From the IMG/VR virus record IMGVR_UViG_3300030012_001572, positions 32,130 through 96,129 of that record: 64,000 nt of DNA; one strand, written 5' to 3'. The position numbers were made by a program, and so were the translations under genes. Of the stretch, positions 1-9,509 are shown piece by piece (positions within the stretch are counted from its first letter, which is position 1; each line of letters starts with the position of its first letter). The DNA is from a virus. The notes beneath the pieces were generated by a model. That model was given only the letters and a program-made list of their open reading frames with translations, ran no database searches and was not told the origin of the DNA.

Positions 1-43
1 GAAATCAGAATAACGATAAAAGAACCGAAAGGAGAGTGGGTTA

Positions 44-358
44 ATGAATTGGTTAGATATTTTAAAGTTTAAGAGGGATTTCAAAGATTTGCGACAATTA
101 AGAGAAGAAGGTCTTAGAAGCGGAGCAAGACAAAGAACCGCTAATAAGGTTCTTGGAGATATTTCAAGAGAACCTAAAGGAGCAAGAACTGGAGATATTA
201 CTCAAATGCGAGAAGAAAAAGAAATGGACGATGAACTCGCTGAAATGACAAGAAGTGATTTAATGGAAGTAGTTATGGAAAGAATTGCTCAAATGTCCAA
301 AGAAGATTTAATTAATATGCTAGTTAGAACTAGAGGTGAATTGGGGGAAAAGGTATGA
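44..358 (+). CDS. Small head-region protein, putative internal/packaged protein (N-terminus MNWLDILK)
   Basis: ORF with GGAGAG RBS upstream; N-terminal W-x-x-I-L-K motif shared with 2652..2864; lies upstream of protease/MCP. Confidence 0.5.
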   Translation: MNWLDILKFKRDFKDLRQLREEGLRSGARQRTANKVLGDISREPKGARTGDITQMREEKEMDDELAEMTRSDLMEVVMERIAQMSKEDLINMLVRTRGELGEKV

Positions 359-579
359 CAGAAGACAATAGACAAAAAGAAATTAGGTTGAAAAAGGAAT
401 TGGCTCAATTAAGAGCCATGAATGCAAACGCTGATGCAAAACTAAAACCTTCAAAGGATTTTAGTGTGGGTATTCCCCAAGATACATCAGTTAAAAAGAA
501 ATTACATTCATCAGATGTTCCTGATGTAGTTTTACTACCACCTAGTAAAAGAGGAAAGAAAGAAAATATTCCATTTTAA
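355..579 (+). CDS. Hypothetical head-region protein
   Basis: ATGA-coupled to the previous ORF; no recognisable motif. Confidence 0.5.
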   Translation: MTEDNRQKEIRLKKELAQLRAMNANADAKLKPSKDFSVGIPQDTSVKKKLHSSDVPDVVLLPPSKRGKKENIPF

Positions 580-588
580 GGTGATTGA

Positions 589-2286
589 ATGTTGTTTGAG
601 TTATCTAAAAACAAAACTTTACTTAGCATACTAAGTAAAGCAGATTTAGATGAAAAAACAAGTAAATTAGTTAAAAGTAATGCTAATGCTACTGAAATCA
701 AAAAGTCTTTGATAGAAAATATTAACTCTAAAAATATTGTCGCTTATAGAAAATATATTTTAAAAGCGGAGGAAGAAGAAGAATCGCTTCGTGAGAAAGA
801 AGAAAAACAAACTACTGATATTCAAAGGAAAAAATTAATTAGTCTTCTTGCAGAAAAAGATAATGTTTCAGAAGAAGAAGTTGATGATTCCTTAATTCCT
901 GAAGATAAAAAAGCAGCAAGCAGGTTAATTAGAGAATTAACTAGAGAAATAAGAACACAGAAAGATATAGGTGTTGATGAAGAAGTTGAAGAAACTTCTG
1001 AACTTACTACTGATACTGAAGCACAAGCAAAGGTTTCTGCATCTGAAGATGATAAACAAAGAAAATTAGAAAAGAAAAAGAAAGTTGCTATTAGAAGTGT
1101 AAATAAAGCACAGGCTTACCAATCAGAAGTAAAGGAATTAGTAAGTAAATTAGATTTTTCAGTAGAAAATAATAAAGTAACTGTTAATCGTTTAGCGGAA
1201 TATCAAAAGTTTGGAAACAATATTACTGAATCAAATGAAGTTATTTCTTTAGTTATGCTCTACGAAGGTGATGAAAATTATTTAAGCAATAGATATGCAG
1301 AATTATTAGAAAATTTTGGTGATAAATTTCAAAATGTATTACTACCTTATTCAGAAAATGAAAGTGGACAAATGATTCCACAAACTAAAAAAGCAATATT
1401 TGTTAATAACTTAGATGAAAGATGGGCGGAATTAACAAAACCCACCTATAAAGGAGTTAAGTTATCTGATATTCTAAAAGAAATGCATCGTAAAAGACAT
1501 GGTAGGCAGCCTATTGTTGATAGGAAAGATAAACAAAGAAAAGAAGAATTACAAAGACTTCAAAGGTTTATTACAGGACAGTCTCCAAGAGATGCGACTA
1601 AGTTTAAAAAGTTAGAATCAAAGGTAAAATCTATTGGTAATAGATTAGTTTCCAATCGCTCTAGGAAATTAGCCATTCAGGATAAAATTAAAGAACTTCA
1701 AGGATTAGATGTAGAAAAGATTATTACTAGAAAGATAAGGCAAATAACATCAGGAATTAACAATTTAAAAGGAGTAAAACAAATTCAAGAGGCTATGGCA
1801 AGTGTTAAAGATATTAGGGAAAATCCTGATAAATATATACAAGAATTTACTGATGAATTAAATGAGCAAATCGAAACAGAAAGAGAAAAACTTAATGTTA
1901 TTCAATCTGAAATAGATAAGTTAGAAAAAATGACTCCTGTTTTAAAAAGAGTTCGCAGGGCTTTGGGTCAAATAGATACCTTAAGATTCCAAACAGGTAA
2001 TGAACCAGCAGGAGAAGTTAAAAGAATATTAGGCAGATTATTTGTTCATGTGGTTCGCTTAGAAAGAACAACTAGAAAATTAGAAAATATATCTAATAGT
2101 GTAGATGATAAAACAGATGATATATTACAAGGACTTGAGAGGGGAGAAACAATCAACATAGGAGATATTGTTGATTATGATTCAGTTAGCAGTTTACAGC
2201 GTCTTAGGGAATCTTTTGATTTAGAAAGAGAAAATATAGATTCAATTATGAATGAATACGATAACTTGGTAGGTGTGGAAGAATGA
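589..2286 (+). CDS. Coiled-coil head-region protein, putative internal head protein
   Basis: 565 aa, K/E-rich and helical; GGTGA RBS; ILSK|A and YILK|A motifs. Confidence 0.5.
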   Translation: MLFELSKNKTLLSILSKADLDEKTSKLVKSNANATEIKKSLIENINSKNIVAYRKYILKAEEEEESLREKEEKQTTDIQRKKLISLLAEKDNVSEEEVDDSLIPEDKKAASRLIRELTREIRTQKDIGVDEEVEETSELTTDTEAQAKVSASEDDKQRKLEKKKKVAIRSVNKAQAYQSEVKELVSKLDFSVENNKVTVNRLAEYQKFGNNITESNEVISLVMLYEGDENYLSNRYAELLENFGDKFQNVLLPYSENESGQMIPQTKKAIFVNNLDERWAELTKPTYKGVKLSDILKEMHRKRHGRQPIVDRKDKQRKEELQRLQRFITGQSPRDATKFKKLESKVKSIGNRLVSNRSRKLAIQDKIKELQGLDVEKIITRKIRQITSGINNLKGVKQIQEAMASVKDIRENPDKYIQEFTDELNEQIETEREKLNVIQSEIDKLEKMTPVLKRVRRALGQIDTLRFQTGNEPAGEVKRILGRLFVHVVRLERTTRKLENISNSVDDKTDDILQGLERGETINIGDIVDYDSVSSLQRLRESFDLERENIDSIMNEYDNLVGVEE

Positions 2287-2642
2287 CATGGGATTTTTAC
2301 GGAGATGGAGAAGAATTTATTCTTAAAGAAAAGAAAAAAGAATCTCCTAAAGATATTTTAGATTCTATGGATTCTAAGCAAAGAAAGAAGTTAAAAAAGA
2401 CTTTACAGGCTGCTGAACCGACTGAATTTTTTGGACAAGACTTTACTAAATTAGGTGAACTAATATCTGTTTTGAGACAATTAGACTTAATGAAATCAGA
2501 TAAGAAGTTAAATAAGAAAATGAAGTCAATGGATGAAAGGAATATTGATATAGTGGCTACTGCTACCAAACTTCGTAAAGAGTATGAACTTCTCTATCGT
2601 CAATTAAGGGATTTAATCTATCCTAAAGGTAAAAAGAAATAA
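2283..2642 (+). CDS. Hypothetical head-region protein
   Basis: Coupled ORF; FILK|E motif near the N-terminus. Confidence 0.5.
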   Translation: MTWDFYGDGEEFILKEKKKESPKDILDSMDSKQRKKLKKTLQAAEPTEFFGQDFTKLGELISVLRQLDLMKSDKKLNKKMKSMDERNIDIVATATKLRKEYELLYRQLRDLIYPKGKKK

Positions 2643-2651
2643 GGTGAGTAT

Positions 2652-2864
2652 ATGAGTTGGTGGAATATAATTAAAGCAAGAGGAATTGGTGGTGGCCCAC
2701 CTAAAGATAGAAAGAGAAAGCCTAGATATGGAACTACTACTCCAAAAGGTTCTTATTATGATAGACTCAATAAATTAGTTAATCGTATGCTTTCAGGTAA
2801 AATTTCTGAAGCAGAATACAAAAAAGAAAAAGAAAAACTTGAAAAGGAAAGGGATGAGAAGTGA
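2652..2864 (+). CDS. Small basic head-region protein (N-terminus MSWWNIIK|A)
   Basis: GGTGAG RBS; W-x-x-I-I-K|A motif; K/R-rich. Confidence 0.5.
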   Translation: MSWWNIIKARGIGGGPPKDRKRKPRYGTTTPKGSYYDRLNKLVNRMLSGKISEAEYKKEKEKLEKERDEK

Positions 2865-3100
2865 GTGAAGAAACATCTATTAATCAAGAATTACTCGCTA
2901 TTATTAAGGCATTAAGTGATAAAGTAGAAAGCCTTGAAAAAGCAGTTTACAATAAAGACAATCTATTAATGAAATCAGGATTTGTTGTAGCAAACAGCCC
3001 TACTCCTGCTATGGTTGGTGTTGTTGGTGGTAAATCTCCCGATAATGTAGAAAACATGGAATGGTCTGAAATTCATAAAATGGTAGCCAGTTTGGAGTGA
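2861..3100 (+). CDS. Scaffold-like small protein sharing the scaffold C-terminal motif MxWSxIHKMV
   Basis: C-terminal MEWSEIHKMV is near-identical to MDWSDIHKMV at the end of 6181..7416; N-terminal coiled coil. Confidence 0.6.
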   Translation: MSEETSINQELLAIIKALSDKVESLEKAVYNKDNLLMKSGFVVANSPTPAMVGVVGGKSPDNVENMEWSEIHKMVASLE

Positions 3101-3105
3101 TTTAA

Positions 3106-3621
3106 ATGCCTGAAAGAGTAACAAAAGAAGAAAGATTAGTAAGCATGGTTATTGAAAAAGCAAGAGAAGTAAAAGAATTACTTCATCTCTCTTTAAATGA
3201 TAATAATAGAAGTCCTATTGATGACAAGTCTGAAGTATTTAAATTAAAAAGACCGAAGGCTGAGAACTATACTGCTAAATTCCAAGCAAATAAAGGGCCA
3301 ATAAATGAACATGGTTTTGCAGGAGAAACTTACGATTTTAAAAAGGCTATTTCTTTAATGAAGGCTATTCTCAAAGAAGACATGGATAATCCTTTTTTGA
3401 ATCAAGAAAGAAAGAGACAAGCGATTGCTGACCTTGAAGCAACAGAAAAAGAATTAGACGACCTGCAACAGATGTTTAGGTCGGGCATGAATCAAGTAGA
3501 GTTTCAAGAAAAGTTTGGTGCTATGTTAAGAAGATTAACTGAAATGCAACAAATGTTAGGTGGACAACCTAATAAAGACCCTGCCGTTCCCCTTCTCCCT
3601 CAACAGAATAAATACCGCTAA
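3106..3621 (+). CDS. Hypothetical head-region protein
   Basis: GGAGTGA RBS; VIEK|A and AILK|E motifs. Confidence 0.5.
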   Translation: MPERVTKEERLVSMVIEKAREVKELLHLSLNDNNRSPIDDKSEVFKLKRPKAENYTAKFQANKGPINEHGFAGETYDFKKAISLMKAILKEDMDNPFLNQERKRQAIADLEATEKELDDLQQMFRSGMNQVEFQEKFGAMLRRLTEMQQMLGGQPNKDPAVPLLPQQNKYR

Positions 3622-3626
3622 TTGGG

Positions 3627-6146
3627 GTGGTATTATTGAAACTTGGTTCTATTGAAAAGGATAGGCAACCCTCTATTGAGTTGATGCGCCTTTTTGAAAA
3701 GACAAGAGTTGCCTATTTATCAGCCGTTCAAGACCCCGATGAGTATTCGGGTCGTTGGCGTAAAGCCGTTGAAATGATTGAAGAATCTTATGATGAATTA
3801 GATGCCGCAGGTAAAGAGTTAAAGAACTTCATTAGAGAAGAAGAAATAACCGCTAATGAGGTAAAAGACCCTCAATCATCCAAAGCACAGAATCTATATG
3901 AAAAAATTAAACTTGTTAGATATACTTCAAAAATTATTGCTGACCCCTTCGCTGAAATGTTCAAAGGTAATGTTCTTGAAGAATTATTAGATAATCCTGA
4001 AACCATGCTTAAATTTGTGCATTATGCTATGAGGGAAGACAATAAAGCCCTATCAGCAGACATTTTGGCGATTAAAGACATGCAACCCGACACAATTACG
4101 GAGGGTCTTATGGGTCTTGACCTACAAGTGGACGACATACCCCTCTATATTATTGAGCATTACGGGGATGGAAAAGACTCAAAGAAGGTTGAAAAGAAAG
4201 TAAAGGCTGCTATGGATATGTTAGAGTTAATTTTCTTTTCTCAACACGAAGAAAAAGAATGGGAAGAACTTCAAGATATTGACATGCAAAAGTCAGAAGA
4301 AAAATCAATAGAAGAAAAATCAGTTAGTGATTTTATTATACCTAATAAACCAATGTATCGAATATTTGAAATAAAAGATATTAATGAATTAAAAGGATTT
4401 AGTGGGAACTGGTATATCCAAGAAAAATATGATGGCATGCGTATTCAAATACATAAGTTAGATAATAAAATAAAGATTTATTCTTACAATAAAAAAGATA
4501 TAACCGAAAAGTGTGATGAAATAGTTAAAGAACTAAAGAAGAAAGAATATGGAGATTGTATCTTTGATGCTGAACTTATTCTATTTGATGGGGAAGAAGC
4601 ACTTCATAGAGCCGATACAATCGCTCATGTATTCAAAGGCAAATATAAAGATGCTAAATTAAAATGCCATGTCTTTGATATTATGCGACATGAAACACAG
4701 ACATTACTTGATGAAGAACTTGATAATAGAATGACAATTTTATTCAATAATTATGCTGCTAAATCTTCAGAATATCTTAATTTCCCTTCAAAGAAAGATA
4801 CAAGGCAAGCAGATAGTCTTGAAGACTTAGAAGAATATTCAAAAGAAATTATGAATATGCCTACTTCTGAAGGAGTAGTCATTAAAGACGCTACTTCAAC
4901 CTACTACTTGGGAACAAAAAAGAATCCTAAGTGGATTAAAATGAAAAAGTTTGTTGATTTAGATGTTATTGTATTAGATAAGAAAAAGACTAAGAGCAAT
5001 CTTTATTCTTATACTGTCGGTGTTGGGCCAGTAGATGATGAAGCAGGACAAGAAATAAACGGAAGAAAATATCTAAATGTAGGTAAAGCCCTAAATACAA
5101 AAATCGCAGTTGAAGTCGGAGATATTATTAGAGTAAAAGTTGATGAAGTTAAGAAGAAGGGCGATGGATTTAGTTTATTCTCCGCAAAGGTTATTGAAAT
5201 ACCAGAAGTAGAGCATCCTGATAAATTAGTTACTCTTGAATTATTATCAAAAGATACTAAAAAATCTTTGAATTATAATGTTGAAGCATTTAAAAAAGGA
5301 GTGAAAGTTACTGATTACATTCATGGGGAAACTACTGCTATAATCAAATTTGATACAGATGGTTTTGTTATTTATGGTTTTGAAGAAAATAATTTAATGT
5401 CAAAAAATGCATTAAGAGATATTGATATGTGGAAAGCCAAAGCCGAAGAAATAATGAAAACAAAACAAGGTAGACTTACTGTGGCTATTGTAAACTTTTT
5501 ACAAGAAAAAGGAGATAGAACTCCTAAAGAAGTCCATGATTATTTGAAAGCAAAACACGCTGATATATATGAAACTGTATTAGATTCTCAATTAAGAAAG
5601 TTAGGTAAGTGGGCGCAAGAAAGAGAGCATATTAAAATGATAGGTAACAAATTGCATGCTGACCCGACAATTAAATTGGCTGACGAAGATAAAATAGAAA
5701 AACAATATAAAACTCCTGATGAATATAGAAAAGGTAAATTTAAAATCTATAATAGAGAAGATAATAATATTCATTTAGCAATTAGTGTAAATGGCGAAAA
5801 TATGAATTGGACTATTGATTTAGAAGATGAAGAAGAACTGTTTGATTTATTTGGTGCGGCTGGTAAATATCCAGCAGAAGTATCAAAAAATGTAGAAAGA
5901 GGAAAAGTTATTGATTCTGGAGATATAGAACTAGGTGTTCAAAAAGACGGCTATCATGAATATTTCTTGAAAGGAAATAAGTTTGAAACTAAAATGCATA
6001 TTAGAGTTATTCCTATTGATAATAAGCCGATGTGGTTAGCATGGACTGGATATAAACAAGAACCTGCTGATACTGAGGGAGATAAAGGAAAGTGGAATAT
6101 ATATGAAGATAGGTATAATAAATTATCCATACCGACTGAAAATTAG
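3627..6146 (+). CDS. ATP-dependent DNA ligase-family protein in the head module, with extra N-terminal helical and C-terminal LigD-PE-like regions
   Basis: Motif I QEKYDGMR, III IFDAEL, IIIa HVFDIM, IV EGVVIK, V WIKMKK, followed by an OB-like segment (DLDVIVL...). Confidence 0.8.
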   Translation: MVLLKLGSIEKDRQPSIELMRLFEKTRVAYLSAVQDPDEYSGRWRKAVEMIEESYDELDAAGKELKNFIREEEITANEVKDPQSSKAQNLYEKIKLVRYTSKIIADPFAEMFKGNVLEELLDNPETMLKFVHYAMREDNKALSADILAIKDMQPDTITEGLMGLDLQVDDIPLYIIEHYGDGKDSKKVEKKVKAAMDMLELIFFSQHEEKEWEELQDIDMQKSEEKSIEEKSVSDFIIPNKPMYRIFEIKDINELKGFSGNWYIQEKYDGMRIQIHKLDNKIKIYSYNKKDITEKCDEIVKELKKKEYGDCIFDAELILFDGEEALHRADTIAHVFKGKYKDAKLKCHVFDIMRHETQTLLDEELDNRMTILFNNYAAKSSEYLNFPSKKDTRQADSLEDLEEYSKEIMNMPTSEGVVIKDATSTYYLGTKKNPKWIKMKKFVDLDVIVLDKKKTKSNLYSYTVGVGPVDDEAGQEINGRKYLNVGKALNTKIAVEVGDIIRVKVDEVKKKGDGFSLFSAKVIEIPEVEHPDKLVTLELLSKDTKKSLNYNVEAFKKGVKVTDYIHGETTAIIKFDTDGFVIYGFEENNLMSKNALRDIDMWKAKAEEIMKTKQGRLTVAIVNFLQEKGDRTPKEVHDYLKAKHADIYETVLDSQLRKLGKWAQEREHIKMIGNKLHADPTIKLADEDKIEKQYKTPDEYRKGKFKIYNREDNNIHLAISVNGENMNWTIDLEDEEELFDLFGAAGKYPAEVSKNVERGKVIDSGDIELGVQKDGYHEYFLKGNKFETKMHIRVIPIDNKPMWLAWTGYKQEPADTEGDKGKWNIYEDRYNKLSIPTEN

Positions 6147-6152
6147 TTGTTC

Positions 6153-6160
6153 TTTATATA
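6153..6160 (+). promoter_or_regulatory. Archaeal TATA box upstream of the protease/scaffold/capsid operon
   Basis: TTTATATA ~30 nt before ATG 6190; the same TTTATATAC occurs on the - strand at 63311-63319. Confidence 0.6.
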
Positions 6161-6180
6161 CCAGTAAGCAGTAAGAAGGG

Positions 6181-7416
6181 TTGAGAGGAATGGCATCAAC
6201 GGTAATGCAGAACAATACCCATGATTTCAGGATTCTAAAAAGCGATAATTTGATGATTGGAGGATATGCAAGCATTGAAATCGTTGATAAACAAAATGAT
6301 TTAATCACACTCAAGGCTCTTAATGAAGCAGTTAAAAAATATATGGAGAACCCTAAATTTAGAAATGTAATGACAAATCATTCAAATGTTCAAGTTGGGG
6401 AAGTAGTAGAATCATATAGAGATAAAACAGGAAGAATATGGAAAACTGAAGTTGATGATGTTGGATTCTTTGTTGTAATTAAATTAAGAGATGATATTGA
6501 AAAAGCCAAAGAAATAAATAGAGGCATTCGTAAAGGTTCGTTAAGGTCATTTAGTATTGGAGGACAAGCATTACAAAAAGTAAAGAAAAATCATCCAGAA
6601 TTAGGTGAATTTAACGAGATAAGCAAACTAGAACTACATGAGGTTACTATCTGTGAAAAAGGCATTAATCCTGAAGCAAGGTTTGATATTCTAAAACAAG
6701 ACAAAAATAAGGTGAAAACTATGAGTAAGATTGAGAAAGCATTGGCTGAATTGGACGCTCTTATGGAGGAAGTTAATACTCTCCGTAAAGAAGAAGATGA
6801 TGAAAAGATGATGGACGAGAAAATGATGAACGAAAAAATGATGGAAGACAAAGAATCCATGATGGAAGAAAAAATGGGCGAAGAAGACGATGAAAAGATG
6901 ATGGAAGATAAAGAATCCATGTATGCTGACAAAGAAGCAAAAGCCCTTCTTTCTACTCTTGATGGTGCAGGTGTCGAAATCGGTGAACCTGCGGATAGAA
7001 TTGTTATTGACAATGGAACTCCAAAGGCTTCTGATTTGCCAGTAGTTAAGGCATTTAACAACAATGAACTTGAAACACTTGATTTGAGTGTTGCTAACAT
7101 TGAAAAGGCATACGAGGCTTTCCGTCAAGAACAACTTGAAAAATTGGCTTATGATAATCTTCAAAAGTCTTTTGAAACTCGCTTTGCTAATGAAAGAGCA
7201 AACCGTGAGAACATTCTCGCAAAGTCGCAGTATGACGCACAAAGCGAAATTTCTTCTCTAAAGGAAGAATTTACTGCACTTCGCAAGTCTTTGACGGCTG
7301 AAAAGGAAACAATCCTAAAGGCTCAAGAAGACGCTACTGTTAAACTCCCATCAATGGAAGAATTGGCCGAAATGGATTGGTCAGATATTCATAAAATGGT
7401 CGGAGGATTTAATTAA
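6181..7416 (+). CDS. HK97-type prohead protease fused to scaffold (probable start ATG 6190)
   Basis: IGGYASIEIVDKQND, NH, RSFSIGG and EVTICEKGINPEA match the caudoviral prohead protease; acidic coiled-coil C-terminal half; directly before MCP. Confidence 0.9.
   Translation: MRGMASTVMQNNTHDFRILKSDNLMIGGYASIEIVDKQNDLITLKALNEAVKKYMENPKFRNVMTNHSNVQVGEVVESYRDKTGRIWKTEVDDVGFFVVIKLRDDIEKAKEINRGIRKGSLRSFSIGGQALQKVKKNHPELGEFNEISKLELHEVTICEKGINPEARFDILKQDKNKVKTMSKIEKALAELDALMEEVNTLRKEEDDEKMMDEKMMNEKMMEDKESMMEEKMGEEDDEKMMEDKESMYADKEAKALLSTLDGAGVEIGEPADRIVIDNGTPKASDLPVVKAFNNNELETLDLSVANIEKAYEAFRQEQLEKLAYDNLQKSFETRFANERANRENILAKSQYDAQSEISSLKEEFTALRKSLTAEKETILKAQEDATVKLPSMEELAEMDWSDIHKMVGGFN
6721..7416 (+). 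CDS. Internal in-frame scaffold protein (MSKIEKALAEL...)
   Basis: GGTGA RBS at 6711-6715 precedes an in-frame ATG at 6721, right after the protease domain. Confidence 0.65.
   Translation: MSKIEKALAELDALMEEVNTLRKEEDDEKMMDEKMMNEKMMEDKESMMEEKMGEEDDEKMMEDKESMYADKEAKALLSTLDGAGVEIGEPADRIVIDNGTPKASDLPVVKAFNNNELETLDLSVANIEKAYEAFRQEQLEKLAYDNLQKSFETRFANERANRENILAKSQYDAQSEISSLKEEFTALRKSLTAEKETILKAQEDATVKLPSMEELAEMDWSDIHKMVGGFN
6791..6921 (+). repeat. Imperfect tandem repeats encoding (D/E)EKMM / EDKESM in the scaffold
   Basis: gaagaygatgaaaagatgatgga twice and atggaagayaaagaatccatg twice. Confidence 0.75.
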
Positions 7417-7428
7417 AGGTGATTTAAG

Positions 7429-8790
7429 ATGACAGGATATATTAACACAATTGCAGATTTAGAAGCACAAACATACGGATTAACAGGCCATACTGGTATT
7501 AACAACCAATTGCTTAAGCAAGCAGGTTCTATTGCAGGACTTCATACAGGCCATGATGCACCATTAGGCGTATCATCAACTAATTCAGCAGCAGCAGCAA
7601 GTTCTCTTAGTGCCTTGTATAACAAGATTTACGGGCAAAAAGTCTGGTCTATGCTAAACAGGGAATGTAATGCACTTTCAGTCATTTCAAAGAGGCCATA
7701 CACTTCAAGCGGTTGGAGAGTTCTTTCCGAGCGACCTGCTGGTGGAAGCGGTAATTTCCTTGATTTAACTGGTGTAAATGAAGGAACATCTGATGCGACT
7801 ATTGGTTCAAATACAATGCGACCCGACTTATTGGGTGGTGTTCCTGAAAATGCGGCACTTTCAACTGCTGCTGATGGTTTAGCGTCTGTTGCTCCTAAAT
7901 ACGAACTATTGTTCACAAGTCCAAAGATTATTGCTCATCAATTTGAGTTCTCGGAATTGGCTATGGAAATGGCGCAAATTGACGATGGAATTGGCGATAT
8001 TAGAGCGCAAATGAGAGAAGACATGGGTAAACACCATTCAGAAACTCAAAACGCTATGCTCGTTATGCCTCTTGAAAACTACAATCTATCGGCTACAAAC
8101 CAAATCGGAACAATTGAGAGAAACTACACCTCTTTGCTAAAGGTTGTTTCTTCTAAGGAAGAATTAGATGCTATGGCTGCTGGAACTGTTTTAACTGCTT
8201 CAAATTCTGGTGTTGCAGAAATTGAAACTATTTACGGTAAGGCTCGTAGTGCTGCATCTTTCCTTGATGCACAGGTTGATTTCGGTGGAGTAGGCTATGC
8301 TACTGGAAATGCTCGCTCTTTGACTCTAACTGTTCTAAACAACACAATTAGAGACTTGAGGGTTGCAGGTGGTTCACCAAAGGTTATTCTAACTGGATAT
8401 GATACACTTCAAACCATTTCTGACTTATTGCAAGCACAAGAGCGATTCATGGACAGAAAAGAAATTGTTCCTACTGTTAATGGTGTTCGTGGTGTTAAGG
8501 GTCAAGAAGTCGGATTTAGAGTTTCTACTTACTACGACATTCCTATGATTCCTGTTGCGGCTATGCCTTCAACTGGTGCAAATACTTCTTGTATTAGTGA
8601 TATGCTTTTCCTTGATACAGACCATTTGTGGCTATCTGTTATGAAACCAACTCAATACTTTGAAGATGGTATTTCAAACGGAAACCCATTCGGTGTCGGC
8701 CATCTTGGAAACAAGGCTCTTTACCGCACTATTGCGGAAGTCGGTTGTTCTTACTTCAAGGGTCAGGGTAAAATCACCAATTTGCTGTGA
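7429..8790 (+). CDS. Major capsid protein (HK97 fold)
   Basis: 453 aa directly after protease/scaffold; strong GGTGA RBS; codon usage typical of high expression; resembles halovirus/magrovirus MCPs. Confidence 0.85.
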   Translation: MTGYINTIADLEAQTYGLTGHTGINNQLLKQAGSIAGLHTGHDAPLGVSSTNSAAAASSLSALYNKIYGQKVWSMLNRECNALSVISKRPYTSSGWRVLSERPAGGSGNFLDLTGVNEGTSDATIGSNTMRPDLLGGVPENAALSTAADGLASVAPKYELLFTSPKIIAHQFEFSELAMEMAQIDDGIGDIRAQMREDMGKHHSETQNAMLVMPLENYNLSATNQIGTIERNYTSLLKVVSSKEELDAMAAGTVLTASNSGVAEIETIYGKARSAASFLDAQVDFGGVGYATGNARSLTLTVLNNTIRDLRVAGGSPKVILTGYDTLQTISDLLQAQERFMDRKEIVPTVNGVRGVKGQEVGFRVSTYYDIPMIPVAAMPSTGANTSCISDMLFLDTDHLWLSVMKPTQYFEDGISNGNPFGVGHLGNKALYRTIAEVGCSYFKGQGKITNLL

Positions 8791-8800
8791 GGTGTTTTAA

Positions 8801-9166
8801 TTGGCACATACAGTAACATTATTGGCAGACCATAAAGGTTTTACCAAGCCAAAAGTAATGGGTGATGAATACTGCGTAGATGCAGTAATTGACATTACCA
8901 GTTATACCGCAAATGGTGAAGAAGTTTTAGCAACAAGTTTAGGATTAACTAGCGTAACTGCGGTTGTAATCACAGGTGTTTCTGTTGATACAATTGCGGC
9001 TGGTTATTCTGTTTCAGTAATTAGTGCAGAAGTTCTTTCAGGAGCAGCAAATGGTGGTCAATATATCCAAACAGGAAATAAAGACCGATTCCAAATTAAT
9101 GTTCCTGCGGCAAGTAATACCGACAACATAGGTGAATTAAGAGTTAGAGTTTGGGGCAACCTTTGA
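8801..9166 (+). CDS. Putative capsid decoration/minor head protein
   Basis: Beta-rich 121 aa protein directly after MCP; GAGGTG RBS. Confidence 0.5.
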   Translation: MAHTVTLLADHKGFTKPKVMGDEYCVDAVIDITSYTANGEEVLATSLGLTSVTAVVITGVSVDTIAAGYSVSVISAEVLSGAANGGQYIQTGNKDRFQINVPAASNTDNIGELRVRVWGNL

Positions 9167-9176
9167 AGGTGATAGT

Positions 9177-9503
9177 GTGGCTTTAGTGACATTATCTGAT
9201 TTAGGTGGCTTTAAGCCTCTAAATATTAGAGGAGTTCTTGTTCAAAGAGATGTTCAGTCAGAAATTCCTGTTATACAGGCTCTTTTGCGTTGTAGTGATA
9301 CAAAATTAATGTTTACTTTTGAGGAAAAAGACAGAAAAGATTTAGAGTCAATAGACCCTGAATTGTTTCCGACTATTTCAAGTGAATTAAGAAAAAAAAT
9401 CACTACTCACAAAGAATTAATTGAATTACTTTTGCCTAAGAAATCAGCAGCAAAGAAGAAAACTGCGCCAAAAGCAAAGAAATCTTCTTTGACTGAGGAA
9501 TGA
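9177..9503 (+). CDS. Hypothetical protein with K-rich tail
   Basis: GGTGA RBS; post-MCP position. Confidence 0.5.
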   Translation: MALVTLSDLGGFKPLNIRGVLVQRDVQSEIPVIQALLRCSDTKLMFTFEEKDRKDLESIDPELFPTISSELRKKITTHKELIELLLPKKSAAKKKTAPKAKKSSLTEE

Positions 9504-9509
9504 ACCGAT

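Noticed and set aside
1-44. 3' end of an upstream gene, possibly the portal
   Set aside because: Only ~14 codons are visible, too little to assign
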